Both the position numbers and the translations under genes were made by a program. DNA of 64,000 nucleotides, from contig CAVTNR010000002.1 in assembly GCA_963736115.1 (NCBI GenBank), positions 64,001-128,000 on the forward strand, read 5' to 3'. This document shows, in pieces, positions 54,655-64,000 of this stretch (within the stretch, counting starts at the first letter, position 1; every line of letters begins with the position of its first letter). This DNA comes from an uncultured bacterium. Its GTDB lineage: Bacteria; Zhuqueibacterota; QNDG01; DTFT01. Below the pieces are notes generated by a model. It searched no databases, was not told where the DNA came from, and was given only the letters and a program-made list of their open reading frames with translations.

Positions 54655-55148
54655 CGGACGTTTCCCCCGAAATCGGGTCCGCCGCTTCTGTACGCATGAC
54701 ACAACGCCGCGGCCAGCGCGTCCGCCGCGTCTTCCGACACCCGCGCCGGTTCCAGCTTCATCAGCTGGCAGACCATCCACTGCACCTGCGTCTTGTCCGC
54801 CCCCCCGTTGCCCGTCACCGAGGCCTTGATTTCCCGCGGCGCGTATTCCGCCGCTGGGACGCCCCGCAGGGCCGCGGCGAGCAGAATCACGCCTCGGGCG
54901 TGCCCCAGCCGGAGCGTGGTCTTGGCGTTGCTGGTGACATAGGTCTCTTCTACGGAAACCGCGTCCGGACGGACGCGGTCGATCAACTCCAGCACGGCTT
55001 CGTGAATGACTTTGAGCCGCTCGGGAAACACACAGGTCTGGGGCACACGGATCTCCCCGAATTCCGCCGCGGCCGCGGCTCCGCGCTCCATGCCGATTAC
55101 TCCGAAGCCCACGATCCGGGTGCCCGGATCGATGCCCAGAACCCGCAC
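54651..55148 (-). CDS. ruvC: Crossover junction endodeoxyribonuclease RuvC
   Basis: VLGIDPG, LGHARG, GNGGADK and DAADALA motifs. Confidence 0.95.
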   Translation of the reverse strand: MRVLGIDPGTRIVGFGVIGMERGAAAAAEFGEIRVPQTCVFPERLKVIHEAVLELIDRVRPDAVSVEETYVTSNAKTTLRLGHARGVILLAAALRGVPAAEYAPREIKASVTGNGGADKTQVQWMVCQLMKLEPARVSEDAADALAAALCHAYRSGGPDFGGNVR

Positions 55149-55155
55149 GCGGCCG

Positions 55156-55896
55156 CTATCCTTCCATGTCCTTCAGGTCGGCGTCGAAATTCGAGTACAC
55201 GTTCTGCACATCGTCCAGGTCCTCGAGCGCTTCCATGAGTTTGACGATCTGCTCCACCTGCTTGCCCACAAGTTTGACGGTGGTCTTGGGGTGGTTCGTG
55301 AGCTCGGCCGACGCCACGGGAATTTTCTGCCCCTCGATCGCCTCCTTGACCTTCGGAAACGCGGACGGGGGGCAGACGATCTCATAGCCGTCCTCGTCCG
55401 CGGTCACATCGTCCGCGCCCGCGTCCAGGGCCAGCTCCATGAGCCTGTCCTCTTCGCAGTCCGGCCGGTTGACGTAGATCACGCCCTTGTTCTCGAACAT
55501 CCACGAGACGCATCCGCTTTCACCCATGTTTCCGCCCAACTTCGAAAGCGCGTGCCGCACCTCGGAGGTGGTCCGGTTCGGATTGTCCGTCAGCGTATGG
55601 ACCAGAATGGCCACGCCGCCGGGCCCGTATCCCTCATACATCTTTTCGTCGTACACGACGCCCGGCAGTTCACCGGTTCCTTTCTGAACGGCCCGGGTGA
55701 TATTGTCCTGCGGCATGTTGGATGCCTTGGCGGCCAGCAGAGCGGCTCTCAGCCGCGGATTGGCTTTTTCATCCCCTCCGCTCTGACGCGCCGCTGTGGT
55801 GATTTCGCGTATGAGCTTGGTGAATATCTTCCCGCGCTGCGCGTCAAGCTTGCCCTTTTTATGTTTGATGGTGCTCCACTTATTGTGACCGGACAT
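55156..55896 (-). CDS. yebC: YebC/PmpR family protein
   Basis: MSGHNKWSTIKHKK, YEGYGPGG, TDNPNRT and DDVQNVYSN motifs. Confidence 0.95.
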   Translation of the reverse strand: MSGHNKWSTIKHKKGKLDAQRGKIFTKLIREITTAARQSGGDEKANPRLRAALLAAKASNMPQDNITRAVQKGTGELPGVVYDEKMYEGYGPGGVAILVHTLTDNPNRTTSEVRHALSKLGGNMGESGCVSWMFENKGVIYVNRPDCEEDRLMELALDAGADDVTADEDGYEIVCPPSAFPKVKEAIEGQKIPVASAELTNHPKTTVKLVGKQVEQIVKLMEALEDLDDVQNVYSNFDADLKDMEG

Positions 55897-56125
55897 GGAT
55901 CCTCCTCGATCAGGCCGTCAGATGCCTGTCGCTGATTCGTGTGCGTCCCATGATTGCATCGCCCACCGGTTTCTGACGACTCCGGCAGGTCCGATTCCTC
56001 CCGGATTGCGGCAGGAAAGAGGTTGTCCCGGCTCGCGTCATTTTCTCCGCGAAACCAGAAAACCGGTAACTTAAATAAATATAATCATTTTTTCAATTTT
56101 TTTCAAGGACAAAATCACAGAAAAA

Positions 56126-56179
56126 AACTCACTCTCCATTCTTTCCGTAATGATGGAAAGGATTTGGAGGGTGAGTTTG
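56126..56179 (-). terminator. Long hairpin with a T run downstream of the SPOR gene
   Basis: aaactcactctcca...tggagggtgagttt, preceded by an A run on the + strand. Confidence 0.5.
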
Positions 56180-56234
56180 AGTGGTTTCGCCGGCTTTCAT
56201 TCCGTCCGGGTTCAGCCGGATGGACGAAAAGCCG

Positions 56235-56747
56235 TCATTCGCCGGATTCCACTGCCGCGACCACGTTCGATTTGACAATCCATGCGTCCTGAAAACCGCT
56301 GGTTATCACTTCCTGCTTGAGAAGCCTGGCTTCGTCAAAAGTCCGGCAATCACCGACGCGGACCTTGTAATTGGGTGATTCGAAAATCAGGTAAATTTTC
56401 GCTTTCAGCTTCAACATCGCTTCCTTTTTCAGGTCACGCGCGCGGTTTTCGTCCGTCGTGGCCGCGAGCTGGACGCGGTACCCCTGGATGGTCTCTTCCG
56501 CGCTGTCCGTTCTCCGGTTTGTTTTAGCGACCTTTACCGGCTCATTGTCCGCGCCCTTGCTTTCGGTCTGATCAGGCGGAATCACCTTGAATGTGTCGTC
56601 ATCCAGAGTCAGGGGATCGAAATTTTCATCATAGGCTCCGGTTCCAGGCTTGTTTTTTTCCGCATCCGGTTTTCCTCCGACTCGGCCGAGCGAACACGAA
56701 AGAAGCGGCAAAACAATAAATAACAATAGGATGGCGGTTTTTTTCAT
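56235..56747 (-). CDS. SPOR-domain lipoprotein
   Basis: Lipobox LLSC; GYRVQL..., YKVRVGD and GFQDAWIV motifs. Confidence 0.85.
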   Translation of the reverse strand: MKKTAILLLFIVLPLLSCSLGRVGGKPDAEKNKPGTGAYDENFDPLTLDDDTFKVIPPDQTESKGADNEPVKVAKTNRRTDSAEETIQGYRVQLAATTDENRARDLKKEAMLKLKAKIYLIFESPNYKVRVGDCRTFDEARLLKQEVITSGFQDAWIVKSNVVAAVESGE

Positions 56748-57053
56748 GGCGGATCCTCTGTCGAATAACGAATGGATGCATGGAATCAGAATCGACTGTA
56801 ACGTAATTTACGGATGAAACCGCCTCGGTTCAAGCGGATTTTATCCCGGCCCATCCGTTTTCGCTCCAACGGATAGCCGGGCTCGGAGAAAAACCGGTTG
56901 ACAAATCCGAATTTTATTTTAAATTTAACAAAAATATTCCCATCAGGGAAGAAGGAGGTGAGCGCAGGAAGCACCCCTTTCTCGCGATTTCGAGAATGGT
57001 CAAGCGGAGTCTTTTATCCGCAAAGCGCAATCTCACACAAGGAGGAGGCTGTC

Positions 57054-58523
57054 ATGAGTCGTCGTATGCTGAGTGTTCTTATGCTTCTCGCACTCGTTTC
57101 GTCCGTTTTCGCCAGCAACGGCACGCAGATCGGAACCGTCGGCGCCAAGTCCACTGCCATGGGCAGCGCGTTCCGCGGCCTGGCCGATGACTGGAGCGCC
57201 GTGTATTTCAACCCGGCCGGCGCCACCCAGTTCGGCAAATGGGAAATCGGCTTTTCGGCCGGTATGATCATGCCGCGGGGCAGTTACGAAGCGTATCCGT
57301 ATCCGGCCGCTCCGTTCGCGGGGATGAAGACGGAAGAAGTGGATGCCGAAGCCAGAAACTTCCTGGTTCCGGCTCTGGGCATTTTCTACAAACCCTGTGA
57401 AAAATGGACGGTCGGTCTCGGAGTCTATGCCCCGAACGGCCTCGGCACCGAATGGGATCTGATGGACGTTCCGGCGGGGTACGGACCCTCCGCGATGACG
57501 AAGGAGAAAGAACACTTCAGCGACCACCAGGTTATCGACATTCAGCCGACCGTGGCCTACAAAGTGACGGACAAGTTTTCCGTGGGTCTCGGCGTGAAAT
57601 ACACGTGGGGGAAGATGGTCCTCGACCAGGTGGCCTTCCCGTTCAATCCGCTGCTCCCCCATGCGGCGACTCTTGCGACCTTCGGGCTCCCGTGGAGTGC
57701 AGACTACAATCGGCTCATCGCCGCAAGTAACCTCGACGGATCCGGATCCGCTTTTGGCGCGAACCTTGGACTCCTTTATAAATTTTCGGACAAGCTTTCG
57801 GTGGGTTTGAGCGGGCGTTACTCCACGGACCTCAAGCTCAAGGGCAGCATGAAAACGAAGGTTATTCTGCCCACAAATGCGGCTTATTACAGTGCATTGG
57901 TGGCTGCGGCTCAGAATCCGGCGTATGCCGCCTATGCGCCACTGCTTACCCAGGCCGCGGGCGCATTCTCCGGCGCCACCTATCTGGATGAGGACGTCGA
58001 CGGCATCGAAGCCGCATTGCCCCTTCCGTGGGTGGCCGGCATCGGCGTCGCTTTCAAGCCGATCAGCAAGCTGACTCTCACCGCGGACGTTTCCATGACG
58101 AACTGGAGCGCCTGGGACCAAGTCGAAGTTAAGAAGGGCGACGATGTGCTCCAAACCCTCCTGCTCGACTGGGAAAATACGCTGGAAATCGGAATCGGCG
58201 CCGAATACCTGGCCTGGGACGCCGGATGCAAGAAGCTGTTTGTCCGGGCCGGCGGATACACCGTGCCTTCCCCGGTGCCGGATGAAACGATGAATCCGAC
58301 ACTGCTCGATCCGAATACCCGCACGGTGATCACGGCCGGTCTCGGCCTGAACCTCGGCAAGCTCGCCCTGGACCTTGCGTACGAAAACGTCATGTTCGGG
58401 GAAAAGGAAATCGCGGAATACAATCCGGTCAATTCTCCGGACGGTATGTACGAAAATTTCGCCGGCAAGTACAATTTCAACGCGAACGTGTTCACGCTGG
58501 CGGTTTCGTATTCGATTCCGTAA
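57054..58523 (+). CDS. OmpP1/FadL family outer-membrane transporter
   Basis: RBS GGAGGAGG; signal peptide; AMGSA...ADDWSAVYFNPAG, GVYAPNGLGTEW and IQPTVAYKV motifs. Confidence 0.88.
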   Translation: MSRRMLSVLMLLALVSSVFASNGTQIGTVGAKSTAMGSAFRGLADDWSAVYFNPAGATQFGKWEIGFSAGMIMPRGSYEAYPYPAAPFAGMKTEEVDAEARNFLVPALGIFYKPCEKWTVGLGVYAPNGLGTEWDLMDVPAGYGPSAMTKEKEHFSDHQVIDIQPTVAYKVTDKFSVGLGVKYTWGKMVLDQVAFPFNPLLPHAATLATFGLPWSADYNRLIAASNLDGSGSAFGANLGLLYKFSDKLSVGLSGRYSTDLKLKGSMKTKVILPTNAAYYSALVAAAQNPAYAAYAPLLTQAAGAFSGATYLDEDVDGIEAALPLPWVAGIGVAFKPISKLTLTADVSMTNWSAWDQVEVKKGDDVLQTLLLDWENTLEIGIGAEYLAWDAGCKKLFVRAGGYTVPSPVPDETMNPTLLDPNTRTVITAGLGLNLGKLALDLAYENVMFGEKEIAEYNPVNSPDGMYENFAGKYNFNANVFTLAVSYSIP

Positions 58524-58553
58524 GGATTTGATGAAAACTCAGGGGTAACAGAG

Positions 58554-58590
58554 AAACGCTCCGGGAGGTTCCGAACCTCCCGGAGCGTTT
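58554..58590. repeat. Empty hairpin repeat, possibly a bidirectional terminator
   Basis: aaacgctccgggaggtt-ccg-aacctcccggagcgttt. Confidence 0.7.
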
Positions 58591-58677
58591 TAATTATCGG
58601 ATCATCATGACCCACCCCGGGATATTTTGTTTCCGGAAGACCTGGAAGGCCGGCGGCCTTTCAGGTCAGACTCTTGC

Positions 58678-61600
58678 TCACCGCATCAGCAGCATCTTCC
58701 GCTGCTTCACGAAATCCCCGGCCTGAATCGAAATCACGTACACTCCGGACGCCACAGGCCGTCCGCTGTCGTCGCATCCATCCCATCTGGATTCGTAATA
58801 ACCGGGATGGAAAGGCCCGTCCTCGAGAGTCCGCACGGTTCGGCCCCTCAGGTCGAATATCCTGAGTTTCACGGGTCCGGGCTTCGCCACCTGGAAGGGC
58901 ACGGCCGTGGACGGGTTGAAGGGGTTCGGATAATTCGGCTCGAGCCCGAAACGATCCGGCGCTTCCCGACGGGTCTCCACGGCCGACGGTTCGAACCGGA
59001 AATGGTGGACATAATCGCACACCGTTGAATTGCCCTTGCTGTCCTGCGCCACCACGCCCCAGTAATAATCCCCCCCGGACCGCGGCGACACGAACAGCGT
59101 CGTGTCCGGAATGAGCGACATCTTGAAGATGCCGGGGCCGGTCAGGTCCGGCGAAGTGGTGAGGAGGAAGCTGTATTTCACGCCGTCCCCATGATCCGGA
59201 TCCTGCGCCGCGCGCCACCGGAATTCCAGGGGGATGGGCCAGAGGTCGAGGGTCGTATCCTGCTGGGGATAGATCAGGGCAAAACGCTCGGGCGGATCCT
59301 CCACCGGCAGGACCTTGACCGTGAAGGTGTCCGCGTCGCTGATGCCGTAGGGGTCGATGGCCGTGATCACCACAACTTCCGTCCCGTTCCAATCCCTGCC
59401 GGGACGGATGGTCATGGTCCGTTCAGGGTAACTGACATCAAAAAACAGGTGATACGATCCAGTGAATTCGAAAATCATCGTTTCGATGGGGTCGTTGCGG
59501 TCCGCGACGTACTGCGCCAGCCAGCTGAAGGAATACGTCTGCGGCTCATCCTCCCTGAGGATCAGGTCCGGAAATCCGCTGACCACGGGCGGATCGTCCG
59601 GCACGTAGAACCGCCCGGTGATCGACAGTGGTTTCGCCACTGTGACCGTCAGCGGGTTGTCCGCACTGGTGATGTCACCCCGCCAGTTCAGGAACGGGTG
59701 GGCCGTGTCTTCCGCAATAGCCGTCAGGGTCAGGCTGGTGCCGAGCGTGTACCAGTCGGCCGCCGGAGCCCGCAGAATACGCGCCCCCGGCACGCTGGCC
59801 GGAAAAACGGCCGTCTGCACCCGGCACTGGGCGTCCCAGCGGGCCCGTTCGATGATGGGGCCCTGGACCGTGCACCGGATTTCCGGGGACGCGGACGTCA
59901 CGGATCCCGGGCCCGTTCCGATCCATCCCGCGAACCGCTGACGCGTGACGGACGTCACGGAAGCGGCTGTATCGATGCGCACCGTGGCCGAAACGCCGGA
60001 GGCGTACCACCCCTCGCCGGTGTGAGTGCCGTAATCCGACTGCACGTCGAGAAAATACTGAGCCCCGAATGTCGCGGTGATCCGCTGGGTGGTCCCCGTC
60101 ACCGTGATGGTGTGGGTGCGCGGCAGGCCGTCGCTCCAGCCCTGGAAGGCGTACCGCGTCGACACGCCGTCACCCTGCAGGGAGTCGACGGACAGCGTGA
60201 TCTGGGCCCCGGCCGTCTCGTCGAATACGACAGGCGCCGCGGCTCCGACGCCGTTGACCTTGACGACCAGGCCCGTCGGATCCGTGTTGATGAACACATT
60301 GCCCTGCTTGAAATGGGCGGTCACGGACTTGGGGCCGTCCACGGCCAGAATCAGCGGATTGACCGTCCCCGAAGCCGCTCCCGACCAGCGGGAGAAACCG
60401 TATCCGAGATCCGCCCGCCCCACGGCCCGGAGCTCGACATTGCCGCCGGCCCTGCTCCATCCGGATCCGGAAGTGAAGGGCATGACCGAACCGGTTCCGG
60501 CCGGGTCGATCGTGATCGAGACCCGATACTCCACATTCCATTCGGCCTCTTCGGTCACGGGATTGAGCATCAGAACCTCGCCCGCGGCGTCCGGCCCGGT
60601 ATAGGACCCGGATCCGATTCCCTGCCAGCCGGCGAACCGGTTCCGGACTTCCGGACTGCTCTGCACCAGCGTGTCGCAGGAGAACTGCGCGCGCGTGCCT
60701 TCATTGTACCATCCCGTTCCCGCCGGCGTGCCGTATTCCGACACCACGACCAGCAGGTATTGCGTGCCCCACTGGGCGGTTTCGGTGATCGGCCCGCTGA
60801 CCGTCACTGTCTTCTCCCGGATCGGTCCGGTGTAAGCGCCGGTTCCGCTTCCGAACCAGCCCGTGAACCGGACGCGCTTGCCGGTCTGAATCGCGACGGT
60901 CGAGTCGCAGACGATGACAGCCGTGCCGCCCTCCGCGTACCACCCTTCACCGGAAGGAGTCCCGTGTTCGGACACGATATCCAGAAAATATTCCACGCTC
61001 CACTCGGCCGTTTCAACGATCGGCCCTTGAACCGTAATGGTGGAGGGGTTCTGCGCGCCCGTGTATGCGCCCGCGCCGGTTCCGACCCACCGCACGAAAC
61101 GGTTGCGCCGGCCCGGGCCGGTCGGAACGTCGGTGGTCACGGAAAACGTCGCCGTGCCGCCGGCCGCGACCCAGGCCGATCCGGTCGTCGTCCCGTACGC
61201 GCTGGTGACGCGTACATAGTATTCGCCCGCTCCCCAGAAGGCTTCCTGGATGATCGGGCCGTTCATCGTGACCGTGGCGTTCAACTGGGTACCGGAATAA
61301 GAGCCGCTGCCTGTGCCCTTCCAATGATTGAACTGGTAGCGCGTGGTGCCCGCCTCGTCCAGAGCCGTGGCGTCCACGGAGATCGGCACCTGCGTTCCCG
61401 CGTCGTAGAAATCCGATCCCCTGGGATGCGCGTTTTTCCCGCCGTCCAGCACGCCGAGGAAGTACTGGATCTTGTAATTGGCCGTATAGGTGGCCGGCGT
61501 GGTGCCCACCGTGATATTGTGCGCGATGAGCCCGAGGTCGCTCCAGGACGTGTACAGGTACCGGGTGTCATCGGTGATATTCTGGATGAGCGGCGCTTCA

Positions 61601-63111
61601 ATGGAATGGGTTGTGCCGTTGCCCCAGTAGAAGGTTTTCGGCGTGGTGTGCAGAACGCCGTCCACCTTGACCTGAAGCCCGGCGGGATTGGTCTGGAAGG
61701 TTACGGGAATGCCGGTGCCGACCTCCACTGTGGTGGCGTTTGTTCCGGATCCGCCGTCGTCGTCCGCGACCCTGAGTCCGATCGGGTAGGTGCCGACCGC
61801 GGTCCAGGTTTTCGTCGGATCCGGGCCGGTGAAATCGTCGTACTGGCCGTCATTGTCGAGATCCCAGGTGTAGGTCAGCACGTCCGCGGATCCCGGATCC
61901 GTCGCGGTTCCGTGGAGCTGGGCGGCGTAATTCACCACCGCGTAATAGGGCCCGCCCGCGTTCGCGGTCGGGGCCACGTTATTGATCGTGACGGACACGG
62001 TTTTCGGCGTGGAGCCGTCGCCGTCGCTGACGGTCACGACCGCGCTGAACGTGCCGTTGTCGGCGTATGCGTGCGTGGGGTTCTGAAGCGTCGAGGTGCC
62101 GCCGTCGCCGAATGCCCAGCTGTAGGTGAGCGGATCCGCGGCGCCCGCCGGATCCGTGGCCGTGCACGTGAAGGCGACCGCCGCGCCTTCGTTCTTGGGC
62201 GCATTGGACGAGGCTGTCACGGTCGGAAGGATGTTGTTGATAACGACCGAGATCGTCTTGCTTCCGGTTCCGCCGTCCCCGTCGCCCACCGTCAGCACCG
62301 CGGAATACGTCCCGTTGTCCGCGTACGCGTGCGTCGGATTCTGAAGCGTCGAGGTGCCGCCGTCGCCGAAAGTCCAGCTGTACGTGATCGGGTCCGCGGC
62401 ACCGGCCGGATCCGTGGCGCCTCCCGTGAAGGTCACGGTCTCGGTTTCGCCTTTCGGCGCATTGGACGATGCCGTCGGTATGGGCGCCACATTGGCGATG
62501 ACGGCCGTAGTCGAAGAGGAATCCTTGACGCCGCTTCCGTTCGTGACGATGAGTTTGACAGCGTACGAGCCGTTGTCCGCATATGCGTGTGTGGTCATCA
62601 CGCCCGTGCCCGTGGTGCCATCCCCAAAGCGCCAGAGGTACGAGACCGCGCCCGTGGAGCCCGATCCGTTGAACGAGACCGCGCTTCCCTCGTTTCCACT
62701 GTAGGGGCCGCCGGGAACCGCGTGCGGCGGCAGGTCCGGCACGTCGAGGTTGACGTTTTTAGGCACCAGATTGTTGAAAATGCTGTTGCCCGTGGCATTG
62801 GCGGTTTCGCCGTTGATGGTGAAAGTGATGGTGCCGCCCTCCGGAGCGCCCTCGTCGGCCGGGGGAGGGGTTGAGGCGTCGTCGCCCTTGACGTAGATCA
62901 GGAAGCTTCCGCCCGAGGCGATGTATACATCGGACGTGCAGTCCTGGCCGCCCGCGTCTAAAGCCCGGATCACGTCGCCCGAATTGACGACCCGCCCCTT
63001 GTAAACCGCAATGCCGCTGAACTCGCAGAATTCACCGATGGCGAGCGCGGCTTCAGGGACGAGCATGCCCAGGATCGCGAGCCATCCCGGGATGAGTATT
63101 TTTTTCAGCAT
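58678..63111 (-). CDS. 1477-aa secreted surface protein: PKD domains, ~75-aa Trp/Gly/Tyr-rich repeats and a FlgD-Ig/T9SS-type C-terminal domain
   Basis: Signal peptide; W.FGDG..HAYADNG PKD repeats; YFL.V.S.YG...G.GWY repeats; PNYPNPFNPST...KMLLMR. Confidence 0.88.
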   Translation of the reverse strand: MLKKILIPGWLAILGMLVPEAALAIGEFCEFSGIAVYKGRVVNSGDVIRALDAGGQDCTSDVYIASGGSFLIYVKGDDASTPPPADEGAPEGGTITFTINGETANATGNSIFNNLVPKNVNLDVPDLPPHAVPGGPYSGNEGSAVSFNGSGSTGAVSYLWRFGDGTTGTGVMTTHAYADNGSYAVKLIVTNGSGVKDSSSTTAVIANVAPIPTASSNAPKGETETVTFTGGATDPAGAADPITYSWTFGDGGTSTLQNPTHAYADNGTYSAVLTVGDGDGGTGSKTISVVINNILPTVTASSNAPKNEGAAVAFTCTATDPAGAADPLTYSWAFGDGGTSTLQNPTHAYADNGTFSAVVTVSDGDGSTPKTVSVTINNVAPTANAGGPYYAVVNYAAQLHGTATDPGSADVLTYTWDLDNDGQYDDFTGPDPTKTWTAVGTYPIGLRVADDDGGSGTNATTVEVGTGIPVTFQTNPAGLQVKVDGVLHTTPKTFYWGNGTTHSIEAPLIQNITDDTRYLYTSWSDLGLIAHNITVGTTPATYTANYKIQYFLGVLDGGKNAHPRGSDFYDAGTQVPISVDATALDEAGTTRYQFNHWKGTGSGSYSGTQLNATVTMNGPIIQEAFWGAGEYYVRVTSAYGTTTGSAWVAAGGTATFSVTTDVPTGPGRRNRFVRWVGTGAGAYTGAQNPSTITVQGPIVETAEWSVEYFLDIVSEHGTPSGEGWYAEGGTAVIVCDSTVAIQTGKRVRFTGWFGSGTGAYTGPIREKTVTVSGPITETAQWGTQYLLVVVSEYGTPAGTGWYNEGTRAQFSCDTLVQSSPEVRNRFAGWQGIGSGSYTGPDAAGEVLMLNPVTEEAEWNVEYRVSITIDPAGTGSVMPFTSGSGWSRAGGNVELRAVGRADLGYGFSRWSGAASGTVNPLILAVDGPKSVTAHFKQGNVFINTDPTGLVVKVNGVGAAAPVVFDETAGAQITLSVDSLQGDGVSTRYAFQGWSDGLPRTHTITVTGTTQRITATFGAQYFLDVQSDYGTHTGEGWYASGVSATVRIDTAASVTSVTRQRFAGWIGTGPGSVTSASPEIRCTVQGPIIERARWDAQCRVQTAVFPASVPGARILRAPAADWYTLGTSLTLTAIAEDTAHPFLNWRGDITSADNPLTVTVAKPLSITGRFYVPDDPPVVSGFPDLILREDEPQTYSFSWLAQYVADRNDPIETMIFEFTGSYHLFFDVSYPERTMTIRPGRDWNGTEVVVITAIDPYGISDADTFTVKVLPVEDPPERFALIYPQQDTTLDLWPIPLEFRWRAAQDPDHGDGVKYSFLLTTSPDLTGPGIFKMSLIPDTTLFVSPRSGGDYYWGVVAQDSKGNSTVCDYVHHFRFEPSAVETRREAPDRFGLEPNYPNPFNPSTAVPFQVAKPGPVKLRIFDLRGRTVRTLEDGPFHPGYYESRWDGCDDSGRPVASGVYVISIQAGDFVKQRKMLLMR

Positions 63112-63125
63112 GACGGACCCCGACT

Positions 63126-63998
63126 TTATTTAAGCAGCAGGCATTTTCCGGTGCGGATTTCGCGGCCGGCTTTGAGCGCGTAAAAATAAACCCCGCTCGC
63201 CAGCGGGCGGCTCAGGTCGTCCTCCCCGTCCCACGACAGGGCGTGAAGACCCGGAGCCTGCGGGCCGGATGAGACCGTGCGGACACAGCGGCCCGCGGCG
63301 TCAAACACATCAAGCCGGACTTCCGCGGAACCGGACAGTTCGTACGTGAACTCGGTTCTCGAATTGAACGGGTTCGGGAAATTCCGGACCAACCGGATGC
63401 GGCCGGCCGCGGGATTCTCGCTCCGCTGACCGCGTATGCCGGAAGTGTCGGCCGCGAATTCGACCCGGTAGGATCCCTGCGGCGTCCAGACCGGTTTCGC
63501 ATCCGGGATGATTTCCGTCTCATAGCAGAGGGACGCGCCCGACACCGCGGCCGGACGGCCGTTCACCGTAAACCGGACCTCCTCGCCCGGGCTCGCGCCT
63601 TCGTCGATTTCGGGCGTCATGGGGTCGTCCCCGGCCGCGGCCACCAGAAATATGCCGCCTTCCACCGCCAGGGTGTCTCCCAGGAATACACCGGATTGAT
63701 CGTACACGCGTATCGTGTCGCCGGTCTGAAGCGCGCCGGGCTGCTGGCCCCAGAAATCGCACCATTCCGTCGTGACCGCGGGCGGCGATTCATCCAGAAC
63801 CTTCCCCGGCTGTCCGGGACGGGCGGCCGAGATTTTGGGTACATATCCGGAAGAGGGAAAAACCAAAGTGCCAAAACTGGACATCCGCACCCAGTAGGCG
63901 AGCAGGGACGAGAGCTTGGACAGCGGGTTGATGATCCTGTGCCTCTGCCAGCTTCTCGGCGAACCCGTGGCCGCGACAAAGGTCCAGACATAGGAGTA
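63126..63998 (-). CDS. Partial secreted protein with a FlgD-Ig/T9SS-type C-terminal domain (start outside the window)
   Basis: Frame open to the window end (YSYVWTFVAATG...AYWVRMSS); NFPNPFNSRT...SGVYFY...KCLLLK. Confidence 0.82.
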   Translation of the reverse strand, partial: YSYVWTFVAATGSPRSWQRHRIINPLSKLSSLLAYWVRMSSFGTLVFPSSGYVPKISAARPGQPGKVLDESPPAVTTEWCDFWGQQPGALQTGDTIRVYDQSGVFLGDTLAVEGGIFLVAAAGDDPMTPEIDEGASPGEEVRFTVNGRPAAVSGASLCYETEIIPDAKPVWTPQGSYRVEFAADTSGIRGQRSENPAAGRIRLVRNFPNPFNSRTEFTYELSGSAEVRLDVFDAAGRCVRTVSSGPQAPGLHALSWDGEDDLSRPLASGVYFYALKAGREIRTGKCLLLK

Positions 63999-64000
63999 AA

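Noticed and set aside
55897-56120. Long yebC leader with a possible 43-aa ORF
   Set aside because: There is no RBS, motif or recognisable RNA structure.
59191-62874. 1227-aa plus-strand ORF and other long antisense ORFs (e.g. 47249-48979, 42147-43667, 45694-47103)
   Set aside because: These are shadow ORFs opposite well-supported genes, expected from GC-rich codon bias, and they carry no motifs.

Overview
GC-rich bacterial chromosomal segment. Three secreted proteins end in an 'N[YF]PNPFN' FlgD-Ig/T9SS-type C-terminal domain, which points to an FCB-group organism such as KSB1 (inference only). The coding content is mostly housekeeping: pfkA, msrBA, ald-(ICL/PEP-mutase family lyase)-tdh-kbl, a DAK2-DegV fusion, arfB, a sigma-54-preceded amtB-glnK cluster followed by two KimA-like APC transporters, an ABC exporter, amrS, tyrS, smpB, tRNA-Leu(CAG), polA, gltX, ispD/ispF, queA, ruvCAB, yebC, a FadL-family porin and large repeat-rich surface proteins. 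There is no CRISPR array, prophage or integrase. The most unusual signal is non-coding: intergenic regions hold a nested set of palindromic mini-elements. These are (i) a REP-associated tyrosine transposase with seven GTAG-type REPs inside the tdh-kbl operon; (ii) IS200/IS605-like palindromic elements; (iii) eight copies of a 45-47 nt element with two conserved boxes around a fixed-length (16-17 nt) variable core, always found inside other hairpin repeats; and (iv) a 25-26 nt insert in a further REP family. Filled and empty versions of the host hairpins are both visible in the window. Single-base frameshifts in kbl (two), ald and probably the DUF1295 gene look like sequencing indels.
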